DNA of 58,366 nucleotides, the filler included, from Bipalium vagum (lineage: Eukaryota): assembly GCA_037834085.1 (NCBI GenBank). It is 3 parts of 3 records of this genome, joined end to end, with 100 filler letters (N's around TTAATTAATTAA, not from the genome) between each part and the next. Parts side by side here need not be neighbours in the genome. Positions count along the whole stretch, not along the records: positions 1 to 17,663 come from JBBMKC010056484.1; 2 more parts are not named here. One strand, 5' to 3'. Position 1 is the stretch's first letter; each line of letters begins with the position of its first letter. Position numbers and translations under genes: made by a program. The notes under the pieces are model-generated. The model made no database searches. It worked only from the letters and a program-made list of their open reading frames with translations, and had not been told where the DNA came from. Shown here one piece after another: positions 1-10,600 of the stretch.

Positions 1-72
<72 letters not shown>
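1..72. repeat. (AAT)n microsatellite at contig start
   Basis: Direct read of a tandem AAT run. Confidence 0.98.
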
Positions 73-952
73 TGTTGTTGTTGTTAATTCATTCGAATTC
101 CATATGAAACAATATAAATAATTAACTAACATTTATTTATTTGAAAATCTGATCTTTCATGAAAATCAATAATTAAAACACTTTCGATTTTTGATTTTAC
201 TGATTTATTAATAAGTTAAGAGATTACTATAAAAATAATATTGATAGTAATTTCTCTTTAATATATTTTAATAAATTTTCTGATTTTATATTTTTATTTA
301 TATTTACACCATCAAAATACGATTTAATAACTTTTAAAGAAGGATAACTGCCACAAACGACATATACTTGTGATTATATGGTTTCCTTAAATAAAAATAT
401 AAAATATTAATCTTTTATTTTTGAAATGACGTGTGTGAAATACAAAAAATAATGATTTCGGCCTAAAATGTCACAGCCTTGATTAAGAGTTTTAAAACTA
501 ATGTGTACAAAGAATTTATCTTTAATGAATAATAATTAATAATTATCAATTAATTAATAATGTTAAAATAATTTTCATGTAAAAGCTTTCGATATAATTA
601 TTTGAATTATTATTTTTTTTATTATTAATTATTAATTAATTTATAATATAATGTAAGTATGTAGTAATAAATAACACAATTAGTAATTTTTTAAAAACTG
701 AGATTTATATTCCTAATATTAACATAATGTATTGAAAAATAATTATTATTATATATAAAATATTTTATAATATATAAAAATGTTATAAAAATAGAAAGGT
801 TAAGAGTTTAAAAATCAATAGAATCCTTATAATATTAGAGTGAACTGAAAGTTCTTGTGTTTCTAAAACGGAAAGTGATATATATAGTGAAAAATATATT
901 TGAGAAATTATACCAGTTGTAATCAATTCTTCAATTTTCATATTTTTGTTGG

Positions 953-981
953 GGGTTTCCAAACTTTTGACCATTAGTGTA
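953..981 (-). mobile_element. Tc1-like terminal inverted repeat
   Basis: Reverse complement TA-CACTAATGGTCAAAAGTTTGGAAACCCC resembles Tc1-family termini; partner end not identified. Confidence 0.45.
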
Positions 982-1532
982 CCTTTCGCAATATTGAAAG
1001 ATAATGAAATAAATGTAAGAATTAAATATGTTTGAACAAAATAATTTATTATAACATGTTCTTCATTTTATTGTTGTGTAAAACTTTTAATAATAGTCGT
1101 TCTCCGAAAACGTCATGTCAATAAACAAAGCTAATAAAGTCAGAAATAAATCCATTCGCCGTTGATGGTGAAATATCTTATGAAAGCTGTTTTGGCGAAA
1201 AATTATAACTAGTAACTGTATTATTAACATTGTTTATCTGCTATTAGCGGAATTATTAACTTTTTTCTTAAAAATAAGGCACTTCAAAGCAGAACGCGAA
1301 CTACTAGTTATTATTTTAAGTAATATTTAGAAGCACTACTTTTTTTAGATAATTCTTAAGATAATTAATATTCCCTTTATTGTACAAATGTCTTCAGACT
1401 GAACACATAATTGAACATCGTGGACAGTTCTCAAAAAAGAATATGATTTTTTTAAAAATATTTTTATACTGGTTTTTAAATAAGAAAAAATGAAAGAAAA
1501 TTTTACATTTTAAAATTATTTTTCATATTTAG

Positions 1533-1627
1533 ACTAAAATAGAAGTGGTAGAAAATCTTGGATCTGTGGGATACGGCATTTCCATCTTATGCCTCATCAT
1601 AGCGATCGGCATAATGCTGAAATTTCG
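1533..1627 (+). CDS. Class B GPCR exon (TM1)
   Basis: tttag|ACT...TTTCG|gttagt; encodes GYGISILCLIIAIGIMLKFR. Confidence 0.9.
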
Positions 1628-4600
1628 GTTAGTTTCCCAATAAAATTTATGAAGTCAGAGATTAATTTTCTTAATGTTAATTACATATGAAAAAATAATG
1701 CTCGACTTTTTAAAATTAAAATTATTCAGGAACGTTAAATTCGAATTAAACAAATTATTTTCAAAGTTAAAATGGCCAATTAAATTATGTTTAATTATTA
1801 ATGATTTTTCATTAACAATTCTTTGAAAAACCAAAGCTTAAAAATTGAAAACTAATAAAACACAAAATAACATGGATTGCAAAAAATACGAAAACTTTTA
1901 AACGGGTACAACTTCTTTAACACATTGAGTATTTTTTAGTGAAGTAATGTTTAATTATTTTTACAACCAATTATTTTCAATCACTTAATATCTCATTACA
2001 AAATCAAGCAGACTTTTAATGTCTTTGGTGTATGAGATTGAATTCTAACTTTGGAAGAATCTTCAATTGCAATTGTTTAATATTATTAGCTTCCCAATTA
2101 TTCTTGTATGCTAACACTCCGAAAATCTTCAATCGAGGGACATTTGGTCAAGTTTGAACGATTATCATGCTTTTCTACAAAATTGATATTTTTTATCATA
2201 TATATATATATGCAAAATCTGATTTGGTACATTAAAAGCTTAACAAATCTGGCCAAAAAAGAAAATTGAGCATAAGAATAATATTTTGTAATGAAAGAAA
2301 TTGTTTTCGTTTTGATAAACTGATTTAAATAAATCTCCTGATTAACGGCAAGCTTACAAGTAACGGGTTAGAAACACAGTTATCGAAGAAAAATGTTTTC
2401 AAGCACTTCTGAGTCAACTGGCTTGAATTTGACATTAGCAGGAGCTGAAGGAAATTCGCTTGAGTAATGTTAGTTCAACCGATATTGCTGTCGTGCAGAG
2501 TAAAAAGACTTGTCATGAATAAAGAACTAAGTTCTTCAGATTTCCCAGGCCAGGAAGTTTACTGGTGTTTTATTTTGTCTTTTCGTCATTGGAATCTTTC
2601 TTATTAGACTTTTGCAAATGCATCTTTGATCATAATAAATTTTTTGTGCATTTTATATAAATTGAACAGTGTTCTTGTTATACATGGCTTGATGAGAACT
2701 AATAAAAATTTTCGTCATTACTTTAGCAATTCTATCACTTTCCTGAACTCTGTAATGCTCAGTTTTATTTTCAACAGGTTGAGTAATTTTATATGTGGTA
2801 CTTTGGTGTATTTTAAAATAAACAATTAAATGTTGATCAAAGTCTTAAACATAAAAAAAGAAATTTCTACAAAGAACCAATACTATTATTCTTCCATTCC
2901 ACTAATGTACGAAGGCTGTTTGAAAAGTAATAAGAACACACTTATCAGAATTATGTACATTGCAGAAGTGTATTGAGAACAATGAACAATATTTTGATGA
3001 ATAAAATTTGTCTCACAACTCTCTTTGAATTATTCCAGTTACATAGTAAAAGCGCCATGTCATGTGGGGCTACTTGATATATATAAGAGTAAAAACATCG
3101 GATACATTTGTTTAAAGTAGTCCTCAGCACTAATTAAGATCTACCAATCTGTCTTTCCATTGCTCGTTTAACAAGAAATTTATTTCTGAGAACTGATAAC
3201 AGCTGAATATAATGGCTGTCCCGTCAAAGCGCTTGATACTTTTTCAAGCTTTGATTATATATGTCCTAATAAAATAGATTCTAAAGAATTCTTTTTGGAA
3301 AGTTGTCGGGAATTACAATATTCGTTAAAATATTTTTCTTATATCTTTAAATGCCTATGCAATTCCTTCTCTGTTCAATACAATCGACATAAAATTCTAC
3401 TTGAACGGTCTTCAATTCATTTCTTGAATTCTTTGAATGGCTTGTACCACTTGTAAACATTTTTCAGGACACTGAAAGACTTGCATTATTTTCAAAACAT
3501 CCGCGCAAGAAATTTCATTATTTAAACAAATTTCATACATTTTTTCTTCAATTAATATATCAATAATACATTTTGTAATAATATTTTTTTAATAACTACA
3601 AAAAATTATAATTTTAAACCTAACAAAGAAAATCTCGTAAGCGTTTCCGTGAATTTTGAGACACATTTGTACCAGTCATTTTTAATTTTCGTCCCTTCCA
3701 GGAAAAGCTTATTCCATAAGTAGACATTGGATTTAGCTTCGCCAACAACAATGTCTGATAAAATTTACATATTCAGTCAGTTAACCATGACAGGTAATCT
3801 AAAAAATTCAAAACTATAAACTATTTAACAAACAACTGTCAATAATATCGGAAAACACTAAATAGATTATGCTTAATCAAAAATAAAAATGATGCATTAT
3901 TAATAAATTAAAACGTAAGCATTGCGGTGTGTTTTATTATTAATTTTCCATCAATCCTCGTATATTTATCCATTAATAACATTTTTTGTGGTTTTTTCGG
4001 ATATCATTAGTAAATTTAGAGTTTTACTTTAGCTCCATTTGCATAATCAATATGAAACCCTTAAAATTAAAAAATTATGAATACTTAACTAATATAATGT
4101 CTGAAGGAAAAAAATAATATATAACATCATAATATATTCCGCTGATATCAAAACATCATTCGATTATTATTTCATCAATTAATACAAAAAATTCCAAATC
4201 ATAATAATGATAATAATAATAATAATAATTTAATGTCATATCTTGAAAAATGCTAATTAATATTAATTATGATTTATCCATTTCCTGATTGAAATTAGTT
4301 TTGTTTTTTAAGAAAATTACACTGTACCAGAAATACGATCCACGTTCACCTGTTCGTTTCATTTCTCCTCCGAGGATGTTTCCATTTCCTGCAGCTGACT
4401 TATCACTTGCAAGACCTCAATGTATGTGCACTGCTTATTTTATTATACAAAATATTTTTTTACAATTTCTCATATTTATCTGACTTATGTATGAATTATA
4501 AATAATACAGTGTATATAACGTAATTATGTTGAAAATTTGCTTAGTTTCTGTTAACAATATCCTTATGGTTTATATTTTCTTGTTAGATAACATCGGATT

Positions 4601-7600
4601 AAAATAATCATGTAGGCATAAGTCTATATCTTGCAAAATTTCTCGAAAAATTTCGAATATTCACAAATTCCGATCGACCTAAATGAAGTTGACTTGTGCA
4701 TATGCTCAATAAAGAAATGTAATCATACCATAGAGATTTTTAATTTTAAAATCGTTCTTTAAATTATTAAAATTTTATGGGTTTCAATAATAAAATTCAT
4801 TTATTTTTTAAAATAAATTTGTTGGTGAATATCTTTTAAAATATTTATCACTACCGTGAAGTAAATAATAAATAAAAATATCAGATTTACGAATTGGAAA
4901 TGTCGCTTTTCTTTCACAACATTTATTTACACAACTAGATTAATACACAGGTATTTTATGTAATTAATGAAGACCTTTCTCAAAAAATTCGGTTGGTTGT
5001 GACTTGAAGAATGTAGAAACCAAATTTTTGATTTCGTTTCGGTTTAATATCTTTTCTTTCTCAGAAAGTCATCCATCCACTGGAATGGATGGAGGAAGTT
5101 CTGGACTATATGACGGGTGATGCAAAAATTTTCAGCCAAATTCATCGATTTGTTTTGGTTTATTTTTACAAAGTGTTGGTAAGCATTGCCATGGAGGAAT
5201 ATTTTCATCGGTATATTCATCTTTTGGTGCTGCAACTATTGATCCACGCAGCTCAGATTTTGTGAATAGAAATCCTAATTGACCGAATGCTCATATTCCA
5301 GTACCTGAAAGTACACTATCCCTCTAATGTTCCACCAAACACAAAGCAAGTTCTTTTTACCACGAAGGTTTGGTTTTGCTGTTTTTTTGTGGGCTCACCT
5401 GGACTCAACCACTACAGTTTTTTGGCTGAGTTGTTAGAAAAGATTCATTTCTCATTCTATGTAACAAGTGATTCGAAAAAACCAATGTTTTTGATACAGC
5501 TGAAAAGAATTTCGGTGATGGAGACTCATGTAGTTTTTCTTACATCGCTGAGCTGATGCGGCACCCATCTTCTTCGCCAATTATTCTTTCCAATTGACAA
5601 AATGTACATTGTAAGTGCAATTTAATGGTTCACTAATGACAATAAAACTAATCCTCCAGTTGCCGTTCATTTTTTTGGGTTCAACTCAATGACTGTTTTC
5701 AATTCCTTATTAAGGACGACTTCCGGACGTTTTCCATGTTACATGTCTTCAATATATACATTTAGATAATATTAGAACATCCTAACTGAATACTTGACAT
5801 TTGGTGTCTTTCGATTATTTTACATTTTTCCTTGTTTATATTCATTTATGAGACAAATCCGTATACGATATTTTTGCTCAATCATATCTAAATGGACTTA
5901 AATTTTTAAAATCAATTAATTATTGACAGATTATAATAAGAGATTAGCCACAGATAGCTCTTTAAAATGAATATTCAAACAATAGCCAAGATATTATTAT
6001 AAACAAAAAACACTGAATTAATGTCAGCACATTTTCAATTTAACATCCTAATATTACGTAAACTGTTAAGATTGACAATTGAAAATGATATTTCAGAATG
6101 TATTAAAAAGTTGCACTTTCAAAAATTTCAGTCCATATAATCAAAAATTTTTTAATATTATCAGCTGTCAACAATAAACTCAACCCCAGATTAGTTTTGA
6201 TATGAAATCAATTTTTTAGAAATCAGAGCCAGATATGAATTACTAAGGTAGAATATAATAAACCTTTATAAAATGGTATCCATTAAAAAATCTTTTGCCA
6301 CCTATCCACAAGTTTGCATTTATTATGGTTTTTATTTATTATTATTATTAATTAAGTAGAAACCGTTTAATGTGATCACATTAGGACCTAATACTTTTAA
6401 TAACATTAATTGAAGGATATAAAAATTACCATATCTATCTACTTTTATTAATTTTTTATATCAATATATCAAACGACATTTTATTTAAAATTTGTTCTTT
6501 TCTTTAAGTGACATTTAATAAAAACAATATTTTATTTGAAATATTAATCCAGTGTTTTTGGGCTTTTCTGTGTCCAATAATTCCATATTGAATTTTTCAT
6601 ATTCATAATGTGTTTCGTTAGATGTTGAACATCGCAGGGAAGAATTTTTTAAAGCTTCTTATACTTGAAATTGGATTAGTGGAGTTTCTAAATTTTCTTT
6701 TTAATTTCATCTTCATTGTTTAGTGATATTTGGAATCTATGACCTTTTGACAAATGTCTGAAGTTGTCACTGTTGTTGCTGTTTGGACATCATTATCAAT
6801 ATGTAAATTACACATAATTACAAATTATCAAATTCCTCTTTTGACATACCACCTGGTTGTTGATCCAAGAAATCGCTAACATCATAAAATTCTTGAAATT
6901 CATTATCTAGTTTAGAAAATTCACTTTTTTCAAAACAGTTTATGATTGAGTTATTTGCGACATGCTTGCACAACATCACTACCAAGTGTAATACATTAAG
7001 AATGGAAAATGCTTTTTTAATTTAATTTGCATCAAATGGATCTAAGTTATCAAGTTCAGTAATGATTTATAAAGATACATTCATAATTATGATACATAAG
7101 AGGTTGCGAATCATTTAAATTAATAGCTGCACTGCGGTGATTCATTTTAAGTAACTTATCATAGGACTCTAAAATTTTTTGTTTTTCATTTACGGATAAA
7201 TTCTCATGCTTCATACTTATTTTTGAATCCTCAAATTTTAAATTAAATTTCAAAAAGTATATGAAATATATTATTTCATAAAAATATTATGATAATAGAT
7301 TAGTAATTCCGGTATGTGAAACAGTACCTGTAATAATATGTAAATGTATAAATAATCTATATGACATAAATTTTAACTTAAGAAAAGAATGATTTACTAT
7401 ACTGTAATGATAGAAATATTTAAACTACTCATAAATCTTTAAAAATAAATTACACCACTACTGAATTCATATAATATTGATTTCTCAATATGTTTTGCAG
7501 AAGCTTTCCAACCACTACGCCACTGATTACAATAACAACGTCAATAAAGAAATATAGCTAATAATAGACAGAAAATAAGTTAAAACAAAATTAATGGATC

Positions 7601-10600
7601 AATAAAAAATCGATGATATTAATTACTTAGAAAGTCAATTTACATTACTTAATACCAATTTTGCTTTGAGTTCCTTTGAAAGAAGTTCGAGTTTACGAGA
7701 GACCCCATCAAGCTTCAACGCTCGACAGGACCATAAATACAGTACATAACCCGTAATGAAAACATCCCTAACCAAATGGATTTTAACTTTCCAAATTTTT
7801 TGATAATAAAATTGCCTAATTTCAAAAATAATACGGGTTTATCATATTATTAACACTTCATCTCAATATTAATACGGTTTATTTCAATAATTTTTTATCT
7901 CCTGGAGTCTCTAGTTCTCAGAGAAAAATTATAGTCAGAACATACTGTTAATTCCCAAAATTACTAGCTTATTGACCTCTGCCGACAGCCATTCTTAATT
8001 ATTTTACCTCTTCGGGTATGAAGAGATAATTCCTCATACAAAATATAAATTCCAAAATTCTTTTCTCTTATATTAGTTAGTCCGAATTGAGTATAAGGTG
8101 AAAATAAAATATTATTAGGTTTACAACTATGACTCCGACTTTCTTAATAAGAAAACAAAGTCATTTTTTATAAATTTTATTTAAAAACATTTCTTGAAAA
8201 TATGTTCCATTGGAAGCTACAACCTTTGATCACCTTTCAGTTAACAAATGAATTCCATGAAAGAAAAACTCTGGCTCTTTTTATGAAATCCAGCTGTCAA
8301 TCCAATTTTGGAAGTCTTCAAGGGAACTGAACCGCTCTCCGGAAAGTGATGATGCAAAGAACGTAACAAATGGTAATCCGAAGGAGCGATGTATGGTCTC
8401 GTGATATTATTAATTATATGATATTTTTGTTTATAAATCAGTTCAATGTGATTTAGATATATATGCAAACAACATTCTTATTATCATTTAAAAAAAAGCC
8501 GGTGTCATAGTTGTACACCTAATATTTATTAAAATTATTTATTCAGGGGACAATAAAAAAATAATCATTTTGCCCATACTAGTGTAAATTACCATTTCAA
8601 GGTAATCAGTGATCAAGAGAGATTAATCTCGTANNNNNNNNNNNNNNNNNNNNNNNNNNNNNNNNNNNNNNNNNNNNNNNNNNNNNNNNNNNNNNNNNNN
8701 NNNNNNNNNNNNNNNNNNNNNNNNNNNNNNNNNNNNNNNNNNNNNNNNNNNNNNNNNNNNNNNNNNNNNNNNNNNNNNNNNNNNNNNNNNNNNNNNNNNN
8801 NNNNNNNNNNNNNNNNNNNNNNNNNNNNNNNNNNNNNNNNNNNNNNNNNNNNNNNNNNNNNNNNNNNNNNNNNNNNNNNNNNNNNNNNNNNNNNNNNNNN
8901 NNNNNNNTCAGTTGTAAATAACATTATTCATTAAAAGTAATTTTGATTAAAATTATGTTTGGCTATTAAAAAAACAAAATATCTTATTTCTATTCAGTAA
9001 ATTTATTTTTTGTTATTTATTTTAATAAGATTAATTTAAATTGCTTTTGACTTTATAATTTATGCAAATTTCGAATAGCAATAATAATTATAATAAACAG
9101 TCATTAAAGTTTCAACGGAATAAATCATTTTTTAGATTTGGCTATGTAAATTTTTAGTGGTATTAGAAAATTTCCTTATCGAGGCCAGTTATACATGGGT
9201 TTTCATAGAAGCTCTCTATTTGCACAACACAATCTTTGTTCATGTTTTATCGGAAAGCAAGGCTAGGTTATGGATGTACATTTCAATTGGATGGGGTAAA
9301 TAATTTATTTGCTTTTTTTATAAATTAAAAAAGTTTTTATGTCAACACTGCTATATTTACTATTGAAAATTAAAAGTACGGTCAAAATAAAAACTTCTTG
9401 GAATGAAACTCACTTTTTCACAAATGAATACAGAAATTAGAAAAATATATTCATTACACTGGTAAATAATATAATACAATATTTTATGAAAATAATTTAT
9501 TATTTATTTAAAGAAATATATATTTGTTTAAACTAATCATTTTAAAGAAAACTACGAAATTTGAATACCGATTGATAATGAAATTCTTAACCAAACATCG
9601 GATATCATCTAATCTTTGAAAAAAGATTATCAAAATTTTTTCCATAAAAATTATAATGGAAAATTTAAGGAAGGCCTAGAGAACATAAAAGATGACCATC
9701 AACAGCTGTGACGGATGTAATTCTAGTTACTGTCAAATCGACAATTCAAAGAAATAGGCGAATATCGTATGATTTTTTCGGGAACTTTTACATTTACCCT
9801 TGTATTGTATAATTGAAAACTGCGAGAATCATATTTTATTACTCGTAAATGCTCTAAGAATGCTCCATCATTTTAAAATTCTTTAAATGTCTAATAATGA
9901 ATTAATTACATAATTATCATCCCTTTGTTTAAAAATATTGATTATTACTGACAATATTTGTCTATTATCAAGATAAAAAATGAATCTCAAAATTCATATC
10001 CACATGCATCATATCCTTTGCTACTACGAAAAAGGATGGAAGGTAGTACAATCATTTCGCAATCTCATGAAAGTGTTTTCGTCAAAGAAATAAGTAGCGA
10101 AATACAATTCCGAGAATTTGTTTTCGTGTTTAAATCTATTTAAATCAACTTGTCAAACAATACGTGAAGATGCCAACCATTGGATTTAAAGGACCAGTCT
10201 TTTTTTGATAGCCGCTGAAGATGACATAAGCATGATAACTCTAATGTTGGCTCAAGATTTTAAGGTTAATATATTCTCAAAAATCTTTTCAAAGTATGGA
10301 AATTACCTGAACCGTCCTTCACAAGCTCTCGAAAAGAACAAGATCAATCGTGTTCAAATTTTTAGTGACTTCTGCAAGAAAACAAATAAACCTACCTCTG
10401 AGGATTATTTTCAAAAACATTAAAAGAAAGATTAAAATTTTGCCAGATGTTTCTCCCAAAAGATTAATGAGATCCATTCACTTCAAGGAAGCAATATGTT
10501 GCATTAAGTCGGATAGAGGAGGAATCATCCACTTTAAAACGGTATTTGTCAATGGGAGAACGACGAAAATGAAAATTACATGACACATATACAATTCAAA

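Noticed and set aside
1-72. (AAT)n tracts at both window ends as telomeric or array-like structure
   Set aside because: They are simple microsatellites where assemblies break; there is no TTAGGG and no spacer-repeat architecture.
783-974. 63-aa ORF or exon on the minus strand
   Set aside because: It begins within a Tc1-like TIR, and the remainder is low-complexity AT-rich sequence.
6100-6301. Minus-strand RWQKIF matching a BAP31 N-terminal motif, with TGA-interrupted hydrophobic frames hinting at a variant genetic code
   Set aside because: An immediate TAA follows, and the order is wrong relative to the other BAP31-like piece. The three real genes use TGG for Trp and have no in-frame stops, so there is no evidence for recoding.
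8613-8924. ORFs containing X runs (also 29104..29397 and 39828..40043)
   Set aside because: Artifacts of translating through N gaps.
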